Source of the DNA: an uncultured Alphaproteobacteria bacterium
Lineage (GTDB): Bacteria; Pseudomonadota; Alphaproteobacteria; Rhizobiales; Xanthobacteraceae
NCBI GenBank assembly: GCA_963802535.1
Contig: CAWDJI010000032.1
Location: forward strand, 9,317-73,316
Length of the DNA stretch: 64,000 bases
Direction: 5' to 3'
Shown: positions 8,020-17,424 of the stretch, piece by piece
Layout: the number at the start of each line of letters is the position of its first letter
Position numbering within the stretch: position 1 is the first letter of the stretch
Notes under the pieces: model-generated
Databases searched by the model: none
Seen by the model: only the letters and a program-made list of their open reading frames with translations
What the model was told of the DNA's origin: nothing
Position numbers and translations under genes: made by a program

Positions 8020-8415
8020 CTATCGCGGCAGCCTTGGAATCTTGTCGGCAAAGCCGTTGTAGCAGGTCAGCCGCTCGTCCTCTTCCTTCTGGAAACGGCA
8101 ATCATTGACGCCCTTGGCGGCCGGCGGCTTGGGCTTGGGCTTCGGGCTTGAAGATGCCGTCATAGCAAGTCAGGCGTTCCTTGGTCGCGTCATCGTGATC
8201 CTGACACGCCTGCAGCTTCTGCGCGACGGAAGTGGGTTTTCCGGGCGCTGCCGGCTTTTCGGACTTTTTGCCCGCGCGGGCTTCTTCGACCCAACCACAA
8301 CCAGCGGCTTGCCGCCGACCGTCGGTGGTGGGCTCGCCGGGGCGGGGGCGGTCGTTCCCTGAGCAAACGCTGCGGCTGGATACAGGATCGCCAGCGCCAG
8401 GATCATTTTTCTCAT
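8020..8415 (-). pseudogene. secreted protein with two C-x(n)-ERLTCY(D/N)G repeats, read through two compensating frameshifts
   Basis: Frame A holds MRKMILALAILYPAAAFAQG..GSKKPARA. Frame B (from the A5 run at 8265-8269) holds KSEKPAAPGKPTSVAQKLQACQDHDDATKERLTCYDGIFKP. Frame A resumes (~8145) with KPKPKPPAAKGVNDCRFQKEEDERLTCYNGFADKIPRLPR*. Frame A has a stop at 8172-8170, and frame B has no start codon. Confidence 0.55.
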
Positions 8416-8466
8416 GTCAATTCGCTCTCGAATGCGTGGTTTGCCGCTCGGTTTTGCACCCAAAAA

Positions 8467-8543
8467 TGGCGCACTCGGAGAGATTCGAACTCCCGACCCT
8501 CGGAATCGAAATCCGATGCTCTATCCAGCTGAGCTACGAGTGC
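8467..8543 (-). tRNA. tRNA-Arg (anticodon reads UCG)
   Basis: Hand-folded cloverleaf: acceptor GCACTCG/CGAGTGC, D-arm GCTC-AGCTGGATA-GAGC, anticodon stem TCGGA/TCCGA with loop TTTCGAT, T-arm GGGAG-TTCGAAT-CTCTC, and an encoded CCA. Confidence 0.9.
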
Positions 8544-8595
8544 CTGCAAGGGGTCGATTATCAGACTTGGCCGGACAGGGCCAGCAGCGCCGGCG

Positions 8596-8853
8596 TTAAT
8601 AGCAGGGGTGCCGGCGGCGGTCCTGGCCGATATAGCCGGACGCGCTCTGGCGGCAGTGGTTGGTCGAGGGGCCGTCATAAAAGGCAAAGGTACCGGGCGC
8701 CGGGCCGGGGCCGTAATTGTGGAGATAGCTGATCTGGTAGGGCAACGGCCAGTGGAGCCGGTGGTGGCGGTAATGGCGGGCATCCGCCAGGCTCGGGGCC
8801 AGCGTGGCCGCAGCGAGGAGGGCCGCGGCAACCAAAAACTTTGCTTGTCTCAT
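8596..8853 (-). CDS. small secreted His/Tyr/Pro-rich protein with a C-terminal Cys pair
   Basis: Internal ATG 8853 of ORF 8596..8883, with GGAG 9 nt upstream. Begins MRQAKFLVAAALLAAATLAPSLADA (signal peptide). Mature part is RHYRHHRLHWPLPYQ..NHCRQSASGYIGQDRRRHPCY. Confidence 0.6.
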   Translation of the reverse strand: MRQAKFLVAAALLAAATLAPSLADARHYRHHRLHWPLPYQISYLHNYGPGPAPGTFAFYDGPSTNHCRQSASGYIGQDRRRHPCY

Positions 8854-8881
8854 CTCGATTCTCCGGAAATCCCGCTTCGCC

Positions 8882-8907
8882 AACCCATTTCGGCCGATTC
8901 AAGTTCC
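8882..8907 (-). promoter_or_regulatory. possible EcfG-type (general stress) promoter GGAAC-N17-GGTT
   Basis: The minus strand reads GGAAC-ttgaatcggccgaaatg-GGTT about 30 nt upstream of ATG 8853. It has one mismatch to the alpha-proteobacterial GGAAC-N16/17-CGTT consensus. Confidence 0.25.
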
Positions 8908-9097
8908 ATTTAACAGGGAATGGGGACGAAAAGCTGCGGGAAATCAGCCACACGCCGCCAATTTTTGGCCCCCAAGATGCCTAAAGCGATGCTTAACCAA
9001 ATCCCAACACAGTCCCGCCAAGGTTCTGGGCTGTGGTCCGGACCTTACGGACCGACGCTGTCGCGTCTGACAAGGCTACCCGGCTCCCGATCGATCC

Positions 9098-9556
9098 ATG
9101 CGCATCACGTCCTTTGCCCAGTCCTTTGCCCTGTTGTCCCTCTCGATCCTGGTGGCTGCGCCGGCGCGCGCCGACCTGCATATTACGCGCGACCATGGCG
9201 GCTATGTCGAGGAATACAAGGTCAAGTACAAGCGCATCCGCGAGCGCAAGGAACGCGTCATCATCGACGGCATCTGCAATTCGGCCTGTACGCTGGTGTT
9301 CGGCATCGTGCCGATGAGCAAGATTTGCGTCACGCCGAAGGCCAGTCTCGGTTTCCATCAGGCCTATTACGACAAGGCCTTCACCTTCGGCATCAAGGTC
9401 ACGAGCTCCGACGGCACGTCCGACCTGATGTCCTATTATCCGGACACCGTGAAAGACTGGATCCGCCGCAATGGCGGGCTCACCACCGAGATGAAGAAGA
9501 TCAAGAACGGCCAGGATCTCTGGAAGATCGTCGATCCCTGTCCGGAAGAGTTTTGA
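9098..9556 (+). CDS. hypothetical secreted protein
   Basis: 152-aa ORF with signal peptide MRITSFAQSFALLSLSILVAAPARA. Codon usage looks coding and several Cys are conserved-looking. I do not recognise a family. Confidence 0.7.
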   Translation: MRITSFAQSFALLSLSILVAAPARADLHITRDHGGYVEEYKVKYKRIRERKERVIIDGICNSACTLVFGIVPMSKICVTPKASLGFHQAYYDKAFTFGIKVTSSDGTSDLMSYYPDTVKDWIRRNGGLTTEMKKIKNGQDLWKIVDPCPEEF

Positions 9557-9560
9557 CTTT

Positions 9561-9682
9561 GTCATCGCCCGCCTTGTGCGCAATTGCGCACTGGAGCGGG
9601 CGATCCAGTATTCCAGAGACAGCAGTTATTATTCGAGGGGCCGCGGCGTACTGGATCACCCGCTTTCGCGGGTGATGACAGT
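9561..9682. repeat. REP family C copy (inverted) preceded by a nested palindrome
   Basis: Contains CCAGTATTCCAGAGAC and CCGCGGCGTACTGGATCACCCGCTTTCGCGGGTGATGAC, the reverse complement of the family C blocks. It also carries a perfect 16-nt palindrome GTGCGCAATTGCGCAC (9576-9591) inside the stem ATCGCCCGC/GCGGGCGAT. Confidence 0.7.
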
Positions 9683-9706
9683 GGAGCGGGACGCGCCTAC
9701 CTGCGG

Positions 9707-10615
9707 TCACGCCAGATCGATAGTTCCCGACATAACCGGCACGCAGCGGCCGCCGATATAGGTCGCGGTCACGCTGCCGTCTTTCTTTTCCGCCTCCGCC
9801 TCCAGCAAGCTCGGCCGGCCCATCTCCACGCCCTGCGCGATGCGCCTGGCAAGATGCAGATCCCGCTCCGGACGCAGCTTTGCAAGCAGGCCGATCAGCG
9901 CGACATTGGCGCTGCCGGTGGCGGGGTCTTCGGGAACCCCGCGATGCGGGGCGAACATGCGCGCGCGGACGTGGATGTCAGCTTCGTCGACCTGGGTGTA
10001 GATCAGCGTGCTGGTCACCGGATATTTTGCAACTTCCTGCGCGAAAATCTCGGCGCGCCCACTGGCCCGCGTTAGCGCATCGCGGCTCCTGAGTTCGGCA
10101 ATGATGAACGGCGCGCCGCAGGAGGCGATGCAGGGGCGGTGGTTATCAGTCAGAATGTCATCCGGCGACAGCGAACAGGCCCGCGCCACGAGCTCGGCGG
10201 GGACTTCGTCCGTGACCGACAGCAATTGCGGCGACGCCAGCCGCGCGCCGGAAACGGTCGCGCCATCTTTCAATAACGTGATAGGTACCAGTCCGGCTTT
10301 CTCCTCGAAGATCACGCGATCGCCGCTCACCGGACGGCCGTAGCTCTTGCCTTCGCGCGCGAGTGCGAAGGCGGTGCCGACATTGGGGTGGCCTGCGAAC
10401 GGCATTTCAAAGCGCGGCGTGAAGATCCGCACTTCGGCGGTATGCGCGGGGTCTTTCGGCGGCAGCACAAAGGTCGTTTCCGACAGGTTGAATTCGGCGG
10501 CAATGCGCTGCATCTGCTCCGACGACAGACCTTCGGCATTGAGGACAACGCCGAGCGGATTGCCCGCGAATTGCGTTGTGGTGAAGACATCGACAGTGAC
10601 GAAGTTCACGCGCAT
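9707..10615 (-). CDS. PhzF-family isomerase
   Basis: ORF track 9707..10627 starts at TTG; the ATG is at 10615. MRVNFVTVDVFTTTQFAGNPLGVVL..SETTFVLPP..DPATGSA.. is the typical PhzF-family pattern. Confidence 0.9.
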   Translation of the reverse strand: MRVNFVTVDVFTTTQFAGNPLGVVLNAEGLSSEQMQRIAAEFNLSETTFVLPPKDPAHTAEVRIFTPRFEMPFAGHPNVGTAFALAREGKSYGRPVSGDRVIFEEKAGLVPITLLKDGATVSGARLASPQLLSVTDEVPAELVARACSLSPDDILTDNHRPCIASCGAPFIIAELRSRDALTRASGRAEIFAQEVAKYPVTSTLIYTQVDEADIHVRARMFAPHRGVPEDPATGSANVALIGLLAKLRPERDLHLARRIAQGVEMGRPSLLEAEAEKKDGSVTATYIGGRCVPVMSGTIDLA

Positions 10616-10694
10616 GAGTTTTTCCAAGATTGCTTTTGCATTGCCTTGCGATGGGCGCGCATGTGCGCGGCCCGCCGGAACGAAATGATGCCGG

Positions 10695-10747
10695 AAAAAA
10701 CTCGGAGCAATCCAGTTTAAAAATGCTCTCAGAGCAATTCAAACTGG
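10695..10747 (-). terminator. possible terminator hairpin after the class III ADH gene
   Basis: The minus strand has CCAGTTT..GCTCTGAGAGC..AAACTGG (nested hairpin), then a T6 run 11 nt downstream. Confidence 0.35.
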
Positions 10748-10760
10748 AGAGCAATTTGGG

Positions 10761-11888
10761 TTAGAACGTCACCACGCCGCGGATCGACTCTCCGCGCTTC
10801 ATCAAGTCGAACGCGTTGTTGATTTCCTTTAGCGGCATCACATGGGTGATCATCGGGTCGATCTGAATCTTGCCCTGCATGTACCAGTCGACGATTTTTG
10901 GCACGTCGGTGCGGCCGCGCGCGCCGCCGAACGCCGTACCCTTCCAGACCCGGCCGGTGACCAGCTGAAATGGCCGCGTTGCGATCTCGGCGCCGGAGGG
11001 TGCTACCCCGATCACGATCGACTGGCCCCAGCCGCGATGACAGGCTTCCAGCGCCTGCCGCATGACGGTGACATTGCCGGTGCAGTCGAACGTATAGTCG
11101 GCGCCGCCGATCTGGTCGGCGCCCGACTTCGTCATGTTGACGAGGTGAGGCACGAGGTCCTTGCCGACGTCCTTCGGGTTGACGAAGTGGGTCATTCCAA
11201 AACGTTCGCCCCACGCCTTGCGATCATTGTTGATGTCGACGCCGATGATCATGTCGGCGCCGGCGAGCCGCAAGCCCTGCAACACGTTGAGCCCGATGCC
11301 GCCAAGGCCGAACACGATCGCCTTGGCGCCTTGCTCGACCTTTGCGGTGTTGATGACGGCGCCGATCCCGGTGGTGACGCCGCAGCCGATGTAGCAGACC
11401 TTGTCGAAGGGCGCGTCCTCACGGATTTTCGCGACCGCGATTTCCGGCAGCACGGTGAAGTTCGCAAACGTCGAGGTGCCCATGTAGTGATGAACAGGCT
11501 TGCCGCCGAGCGAGAAGCGCGAGGTGCCGTCCGGCATCAGGCCCTGGCCCTGCGTGGCGCGGATCGCGGTGCACAAATTGGTCTTGCGCGACAGGCAGGA
11601 CGGGCACTGCCGGCATTCCGGCGTGTACAGCGGAATGACGTGATCGCCCTTTTTCACGCTGGTGACGCCGCGGCCGATATCGACCACCACGCCCGCGCCC
11701 TCATGGCCGAGGATCGCCGGGAACAGCCCCTCGGGATCGGCGCCCGACAGCGTGAATTCATCGGTGTGGCAAACGCCGGTGGCCTTGATCTCGACCAGCA
11801 CTTCGCCCTCGCGCGGCCCGTCGAGCTGGACGGTGGTGACTTCCAGTGGTTTTCCGGCGGCGGTGGCAACAGCGGCGCGAACATCCAT
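10761..11888 (-). CDS. frmA: S-(hydroxymethyl)glutathione dehydrogenase / class III alcohol dehydrogenase
   Basis: 375 aa. Zn-ADH motifs GVCHTDE and GHEGAGVV, Rossmann motif GLGGIGL, and end-to-end resemblance to class III ADH. Confidence 0.95.
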   Translation of the reverse strand: MDVRAAVATAAGKPLEVTTVQLDGPREGEVLVEIKATGVCHTDEFTLSGADPEGLFPAILGHEGAGVVVDIGRGVTSVKKGDHVIPLYTPECRQCPSCLSRKTNLCTAIRATQGQGLMPDGTSRFSLGGKPVHHYMGTSTFANFTVLPEIAVAKIREDAPFDKVCYIGCGVTTGIGAVINTAKVEQGAKAIVFGLGGIGLNVLQGLRLAGADMIIGVDINNDRKAWGERFGMTHFVNPKDVGKDLVPHLVNMTKSGADQIGGADYTFDCTGNVTVMRQALEACHRGWGQSIVIGVAPSGAEIATRPFQLVTGRVWKGTAFGGARGRTDVPKIVDWYMQGKIQIDPMITHVMPLKEINNAFDLMKRGESIRGVVTF

Positions 11889-11993
11889 GGCTATTCCTCG
11901 TTCTCGGTCTCGTGGTTGTCATGTTTTGGCGGGAGCGACCCGCGCGATCAGTTCTTGCCGCATAGCATATGATCGGGCACACCGCTTCCGCAA

Positions 11994-12866
11994 ATGAATC
12001 GCGATCCCAATAATCTTGCCGCGCGCGCGGCGCCGGCGGTTTTCGTCGTGCTGTGGAGTACCGGTTTCGTCGCGACCAAATACGTCGTGCACGATGCCGA
12101 TCCTTTGACCTATCTTGCGATCCGGATGGCGCTGGTGGTCGTCTTGATGGCAGCGATCGTCGTCGTGGCGCGACCGAAATGGCCTGACCGTATCGGCATC
12201 GCCCACAGTGCGGTCGCGGGCATCCTGGTGCACGGGATCTATCTCGGCGGCACTGCGATCGCGATTGCGCATTCGATTCCGGCCGGCCTGTCGGCGCTAA
12301 TTCCCGGCCTGCAACCGATCCTGACCTCGACCATCGCCAATCGCTGGCTCGGCGAACGCGTCACGCCGATGCAATGGGCCGGGCTGCTGCTCGGCTTGGC
12401 GGGCGTGGTGCTGATCCTGCACAATCGTCCCATGAGCGGGGAAGCGGGCTGGGGCTGGCTCGCCTCCGCGGTGTCGCTGGTCAGCATCACGCTGGGCACG
12501 CTCTACCAGCGCCGCTATTGCAACGCGATCGACTGGCGTGCCGGCAATCTCGTGCAATACATCGTGGTCACGATTTTCTTCGGCATCGGGGCGTGGCTGT
12601 TCGAGAACAATGTGGTGCACTGGACCACGGAATTCGTCCTCGCGCTGATATGGCTTGTGGTGGTGTTGTCGATCGGATCGATCGGACTATTGTACTGGCT
12701 GATCCGCCGCTCGGCCGCGACTTCGGTGGCCAGCCTGTTCTATCTGGTGCCGGCGGTGACAGCGCTGATGGCGTATCTGTTGTTCGACGAGCGGCTCGAC
12801 GCCATCGCGATCGTCGGCATGGTGGCCTGTGCCGCTGCGGTGTTTCTGGTCAACCGGCGCGCTTGA
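11994..12866 (+). CDS. DMT-superfamily (EamA-type) transporter
   Basis: 290 aa with about 10 hydrophobic helices and duplicated EamA-like halves. Confidence 0.9.
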   Translation: MNRDPNNLAARAAPAVFVVLWSTGFVATKYVVHDADPLTYLAIRMALVVVLMAAIVVVARPKWPDRIGIAHSAVAGILVHGIYLGGTAIAIAHSIPAGLSALIPGLQPILTSTIANRWLGERVTPMQWAGLLLGLAGVVLILHNRPMSGEAGWGWLASAVSLVSITLGTLYQRRYCNAIDWRAGNLVQYIVVTIFFGIGAWLFENNVVHWTTEFVLALIWLVVVLSIGSIGLLYWLIRRSAATSVASLFYLVPAVTALMAYLLFDERLDAIAIVGMVACAAAVFLVNRRA

Positions 12867-12876
12867 TGAATTTGGT

Positions 12877-14322
12877 TCAGCCGTTGCGAGTGCTGGCATA
12901 GGCCGCGAGCGCGCGTTCGCGCCCCGTTTTGTGGTCGATAATCGGCTTTGGATAGGTCTTGCCGAGTTCGACACCCGCGCTTGCGAGTTCGAGCGGCGTT
13001 GCGGTCCAGGGTTGATGGATCGCGCTGTCGGGCATTTGCTTCAACTCGGGCACCCAGCGTCTGACATAGACGCCGTCGGGATCGAACTTTTCGCCTTGCA
13101 GGATCGGGTTGAACACCCGGAAGTAGGGGGCGGCGTCGGCGCCGCAACCGGCCACCCATTGCCAATTGGCTGGATTGCTGCCGGCATCGGCATCAACAAG
13201 CGTATCCCAGAACCATCGCTCGCCTTCGCGCCAGTCGATCAGGAGATGCTTGACCAGGAACGAGGCCACCACCATCCGCACCCGGTTGTGCATCACGCCG
13301 GTGTGCCAGAGTTCGCGCATGCCGGCATCGACGATCGGATATCCGGTCCGGCCGCGCTGCCAGGCGCGCAACGCCTTGTCGTCGTGCTTCCAGGGAAAGG
13401 CATCGAACGACGGCTGCAGATTGCGCGTTGCGAGATCGGGTATATCGAACAGCAGATGGCGGCAGAATTCGCGCCAGCCGAGTTCGCTGAGGAATTTTTC
13501 GATATCGGCTGATAGAAGCGGGTGTTCGGCTGCGACGAAATGCGAGGCGTGCCAGATCTGGCGCGGGCTGATCTCACCGAAACGCAGATGCGGTGATAGC
13601 CGCGAGGTGCCGTCGCGATCCGGTCGGTCGCGATCACTGGAATAGCCGGCGACGGTGCCCCTGAGGAATTGCTGCAGCCGCGCGCGCGCCGAGGCCTCGC
13701 CGGGCGTCCAGCTCTCGCGTAGGCCAATGGCCCAGTCGGGCTTGGCAGGCTCGAGATGCCAGCTTTCGAGTGCGTCGCTGGCAGGCGGTGGCGCACCGTT
13801 CAATTTTTTCGGCGCGGGCAGCGGTTTTGCCGGATCGCCGAGCGATTGCACCCGCCGCCAGAACGGCGTGAATACGCGTAAGCCGCGGTTCTCCTTGTTA
13901 CGGATCTGGGGCGGCGCCACCAGCAGATCGCCGGGGAAACGCTCGACAACGACGCCGATCTCGCCCAGCGCCCCGGCGACCTGATCGGCCACGGCCCGGT
14001 GCGGCGCCTGCGCGATCTCGTTCCAGTACACCGCGATGGTTCCGGTTTCGCGTGCGATCCCCGCAATGACTTCCGCCGCAGCACCTCTGCGCAACACCAG
14101 CGCCGCCCCAAGCGGTTGCAGGCTCGCCTGCAGGGCGCGCAGCGACTGCGCCAGCCACCAGCGGGCCGCGCCTCCCAACGGCCGGGCATGCGCGCGGCTC
14201 TCCTCATCCAGCACGTAAAGGCAGATCACCGGCGCGCCGGTCCGGGACGCGGCGTGCAGAGCGGGGTGGTCGGACAGGCGGAGATCGTCGCGAAACCAGA
14301 CGATGCAGGGAGGGGCTATCAT
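12877..14322 (-). CDS. phrB: deoxyribodipyrimidine photo-lyase
   Basis: 481 aa. Begins IVWFRDDLRLSDHPAL. C-terminal FAD-binding signature ..WREF..GYPIVDAGMRELWHTGVMHNRVRM..FRVFNPILQGEKFDP.. Confidence 0.95.
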   Translation of the reverse strand: MIAPPCIVWFRDDLRLSDHPALHAASRTGAPVICLYVLDEESRAHARPLGGAARWWLAQSLRALQASLQPLGAALVLRRGAAAEVIAGIARETGTIAVYWNEIAQAPHRAVADQVAGALGEIGVVVERFPGDLLVAPPQIRNKENRGLRVFTPFWRRVQSLGDPAKPLPAPKKLNGAPPPASDALESWHLEPAKPDWAIGLRESWTPGEASARARLQQFLRGTVAGYSSDRDRPDRDGTSRLSPHLRFGEISPRQIWHASHFVAAEHPLLSADIEKFLSELGWREFCRHLLFDIPDLATRNLQPSFDAFPWKHDDKALRAWQRGRTGYPIVDAGMRELWHTGVMHNRVRMVVASFLVKHLLIDWREGERWFWDTLVDADAGSNPANWQWVAGCGADAAPYFRVFNPILQGEKFDPDGVYVRRWVPELKQMPDSAIHQPWTATPLELASAGVELGKTYPKPIIDHKTGRERALAAYASTRNG

Positions 14323-14374
14323 CGGCGCATTTGTTCCATGGAATTCCTGAGCCTTTATCTAGGGTTAGGCCACG

Positions 14375-14389
14375 TTAAGGCGATCGTAA
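14375..14389 (+). promoter_or_regulatory. CtrA-like box TTAA-N7-GTAA (one mismatch)
   Basis: TTAAggcgatcGTAAAC lies 42 nt upstream of the MCP start codon. Confidence 0.25.
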
Positions 14390-14431
14390 ACAAAACCGTT
14401 CAAATGTTAGGTTTTTCGGGGGTCTATCCAC

Positions 14432-16168
14432 ATGTCTGCGCGGTCGATTGGAAAGTTCCTGCCGTCGCTGAAACTTCGTCTCGGCACCAAGGCAGTGATT
14501 TGCGCCATCTTCCTGATCGCGGTGAACACCGCGCTGGTGGTGGGGGCGGCCTATTGGTCGCTGACGTCGGAATTCGGCGACCGGGCCCTGCGCGACATCG
14601 AAGTCAATTTGCGCACGCTGGCGCTGACGTTTTCCGAGTCGTTCCCTGACGCCAAGATCACGATGAAGGACGGCGTCGTCACCAAGGCCGAAGTTCCGAA
14701 GATGCCGGAATTCAAGGACCACGCGATCGTCGATCGCGCGGTCGGCTACGTCGGCGGCAACGCCACTTTGTTCGTCTATGACGAGGCCAGCAATCAGTTT
14801 GTCCGCCGCTCCACCAATGTGAAGAAGGAAAACGGCGACCGCGCCGTCGGCACCCAGTTGGCGCCCGACCACCCCGGCCAGCCGATCTTGCGTCGCGGTG
14901 AGGCCTATAAGGGGCCGGCCACGCTGTTCGGCAAGAGCTTCATGACCGCCTACTATCCCATTGCCGGTTCGGCCGGAAAGGTGATCGGCGTCCTCTATGT
15001 CGGCATTCCGATGGCGCAATACGAGGCGATGCTGGCGGAGGCGATCCGGAACATGACGATCGCGGCCGCTATTGCAGCGCTGCTGGTGATGATGCTGACG
15101 ATGCTGATCGTGCGCCGGGTGACGAAACCCCTGACCTCGGTCACGGCCTCGCTCACCGCTATCGCCGAAGGCAACAGCGATGTCGAGATCGATTGCCACG
15201 AGCGGAACGACGAGATCGGCGAGATCGCGCGCACCGTTGCGGTATTCAAGAACAACTCGATCGAGCGCCGCAAGCTTCGCGAGGAGCAGGCTGCCGCCAC
15301 CACAGCCTCCATCGAGCAGCGCAAGGCCGAATTGCGCGGCTTCGTCGACGAGTTCCAGACCAGCGTCGGCGGCATCCTCGACAAGGTGCTCAATTCCTCC
15401 GGCGAATTCGAGCGCGTCGCGAGACAGCTCACCGAGACGGCGCGGACCACCGCAGGCCTGTCCGGGCAGTCGGCCGGCGCCTCCGAGACCGCATCCGAGC
15501 ACGTCCGCTCCGCAGCCGTTGCCTCCGATGAACTCTCCAACTCGATTGCGGAAATCACCCGCCGCGTCCAGGAGTCCAACGGCATTGCCGCCGACGCCGT
15601 CAAGCAGGCCGCCGCCACCGACCAGCGCATCAACGAACTGTCGGAAGCCGGCGCGCGGATCGGCGACGTGGTGAAGCTGATCACCTCGATTGCCGAGCAG
15701 ACCAATCTTTTGGCGCTCAACGCCACGATCGAAGCGGCGCGCGCGGGCGACGCCGGCCGCGGTTTTGCGGTGGTGGCGCAGGAGGTCAAGAGCCTGGCCG
15801 GCCAGACTGCGAAAGCGACCGAGGAGATCTCCAGCCAGATCGGCAACATGCAGCTTGCGACCGAAGAGTCGGTCTCTGCGATCAAGGCGATCGGCCAGAC
15901 CATCGAGCGCATCAGCGACATCGCGACCTCGATCTCGGCGGCCGTCGAGCAACAGCGCGGCGCGACCCAGAATATTGCCCAGAGCGTGCGGGCCGCGGCG
16001 AGCGGCACCGCCGACGTCGCCGTCAATATCCGCAACGCCGCGCAGGGCGCCGACGAGACCGGCGAAACCTCGAACCGGATGTTTGCCTCTGCGCAAGCAC
16101 TGTCCGGCGAAAGCCTTCAACTGAAGGCCGAGGTCGAAAAGTTCCTCGACCGCGTCCGGGCTGCCTGA
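14432..16168 (+). CDS. methyl-accepting chemotaxis protein
   Basis: 578 aa with an N-terminal TM, a periplasmic domain, a second TM, HAMP, and the MCP signature [35 protein letters not shown]. Confidence 0.95.
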   Translation: MSARSIGKFLPSLKLRLGTKAVICAIFLIAVNTALVVGAAYWSLTSEFGDRALRDIEVNLRTLALTFSESFPDAKITMKDGVVTKAEVPKMPEFKDHAIVDRAVGYVGGNATLFVYDEASNQFVRRSTNVKKENGDRAVGTQLAPDHPGQPILRRGEAYKGPATLFGKSFMTAYYPIAGSAGKVIGVLYVGIPMAQYEAMLAEAIRNMTIAAAIAALLVMMLTMLIVRRVTKPLTSVTASLTAIAEGNSDVEIDCHERNDEIGEIARTVAVFKNNSIERRKLREEQAAATTASIEQRKAELRGFVDEFQTSVGGILDKVLNSSGEFERVARQLTETARTTAGLSGQSAGASETASEHVRSAAVASDELSNSIAEITRRVQESNGIAADAVKQAAATDQRINELSEAGARIGDVVKLITSIAEQTNLLALNATIEAARAGDAGRGFAVVAQEVKSLAGQTAKATEEISSQIGNMQLATEESVSAIKAIGQTIERISDIATSISAAVEQQRGATQNIAQSVRAAASGTADVAVNIRNAAQGADETGETSNRMFASAQALSGESLQLKAEVEKFLDRVRAA

Positions 16169-16263
16169 CGCCTGCACCAGCGGCTTCCGGTGAAACCGGG
16201 AGCCTGCCAATTCGTAAGTAGCGGTATACTCGCTGCGCCGCTCTGCGCGGGCTGGAGGCTGCC

Positions 16264-16755
16264 GTGAACCGATATGCCGTGCTTTATCTGGTGACGTTGT
16301 TCGTTCTGGTGCCGCTGGACTTCCTGTTCCTCGGCATCGTCGCCAAGGATTTTTTCACCTCCCAGGTCGGCAATATGCTGGGCGAGATCAAGCTCGCCCC
16401 GGCGATCCTGTTTTACCTGCTTTACGTCGTCGGCATCGTGATCTTCGTCAACGGGGCAGCAAACGCGAACTGGCAATCGACGCTGCTCTATGGCGCGCTG
16501 TTCGGACTGTTTTGTTACGCGACCTTCGATCTCACCGCGTTGTCGCTGCTGCGGCATTGGAGTTGGCCGGTCGCAATCGTCGACATCTCCTGGGGCGCGA
16601 TCGTGACGGCGGTCTCATCGACATCAGGGCTTGTTGTGGCCAATTGGCTGGTGCCGAGAGTTCTAATTATCCGTCATTGCGAGCGAAGCGAAGCAATCCA
16701 TCTCACCAAGCAAAGAAAGAATGGATTGCTTCGTCGCAAGAGCTCCTCGCAATGA
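16264..16755 (+). CDS. DUF2177-like small membrane protein (C-terminal tail encoded by a REP copy)
   Basis: GTG start and four hydrophobic helices. From ~16672 the reading frame runs into REP family A (..RHCERSEAIHLTKQRKNGLLRRKSSSQ*). Confidence 0.75.
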   Translation: MNRYAVLYLVTLFVLVPLDFLFLGIVAKDFFTSQVGNMLGEIKLAPAILFYLLYVVGIVIFVNGAANANWQSTLLYGALFGLFCYATFDLTALSLLRHWSWPVAIVDISWGAIVTAVSSTSGLVVANWLVPRVLIIRHCERSEAIHLTKQRKNGLLRRKSSSQ

Positions 16756-16758
16756 CGG
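16672..16758. repeat. REP family A copy (CGTCATTGCGAGCGAAGCGAAGCAATCCA..TGGATTGCTTCGTCGCAAG.GCTCCTCGCAATGACG)
   Basis: Long hairpin-forming element. Near-identical copy at 18477-18563 and a variant at 46298-46383. Confidence 0.85.
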
Positions 16759-16764
16759 CGAGGC

Positions 16765-17424
16765 TCATTTAGGCTGCGGCACGATCCGGATGTACGGCTT
16801 CGGCGATTTCCAGCCCTGCGGATAGATCGTCTTGGCCTCGTCGTCGGTGACGGAGCCTGCGATGATGACGTCCTCGCCCTGTTTCCAGTCGGCCGGCGTC
16901 GCGACGCGATGCTTGGCCGTCATCTGCAGGAAATCGATCACGCGCAGAATTTCCTGGAAATTGCGGCCGGTCGTCATCGGGTAGACCAGCACCAGCTTGA
17001 TCTTCTTGTCGGGGCCGATGATGAAGACGTTGCGCACGGTCATGTTGTCAGCGGCGGTGCGCGTCGCCACGTCGCCGGAGGTAGAGGCGGGGAGCATGTC
17101 ATAGAGTTTTGAGACGTTGAAATCGGTGTCGCCGATCATCGGATAGTTTGGGGCTGCCCCCTGCGTCTCCTTGATGTCCTCGGACCATTTGGCGTGCTTG
17201 TCGACGGGATCGACGGAAAGGCCCATCAGCTTGACGCCACGCTTGTCGAATTCCGGCTTCAGCTTGGCCAGCGAGCCGAGTTCGGTGGTGCAGACGGGGG
17301 TGAAATCCTTGGGGTGTGAGAACAACAGCGCCCAGCTGGAGCCGATCCAGTCGTGGAATTTGACCTTGCCCTCGGTGGTCTGGGCTTCGAAATCAGGGGC
17401 GAGCGCGCCAATTTGGAGTGCCAT
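16765..17424 (-). CDS. 1-Cys peroxiredoxin (Prx6-type)
   Basis: 219 aa. Contains LFSHPKDFTPVCTTELG (peroxidatic Cys motif). GAGG lies 8 nt upstream of the ATG. Confidence 0.95.
   Translation of the reverse strand: MALQIGALAPDFEAQTTEGKVKFHDWIGSSWALLFSHPKDFTPVCTTELGSLAKLKPEFDKRGVKLMGLSVDPVDKHAKWSEDIKETQGAAPNYPMIGDTDFNVSKLYDMLPASTSGDVATRTAADNMTVRNVFIIGPDKKIKLVLVYPMTTGRNFQEILRVIDFLQMTAKHRVATPADWKQGEDVIIAGSVTDDEAKTIYPQGWKSPKPYIRIVPQPK

Noticed and set aside
8263-8271. Programmed -1 ribosomal frameshift at GCA-AAA-AGT (A5 run) in the Cys-repeat gene.
   Set aside because: The heptamer is not a canonical X-XXY-YYZ slippery site. A second, opposite shift about 115 nt later would also be required. 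Two compensating indels or errors is the simpler explanation.
14375-16210. Long antisense or alternative-frame ORFs across the window (for example 14375..16210-, 23113..24549+, 10842..11972+, 36888..38066-, 44260..45162-, 20569..21654-, 31249..32043+).
   Set aside because: They overlap genes with clear family signatures on the other strand or frame. Their translations are Arg/Ala/Gly/Pro-rich low-complexity strings typical of GC-rich shadow ORFs, and they lack plausible RBS or motifs.
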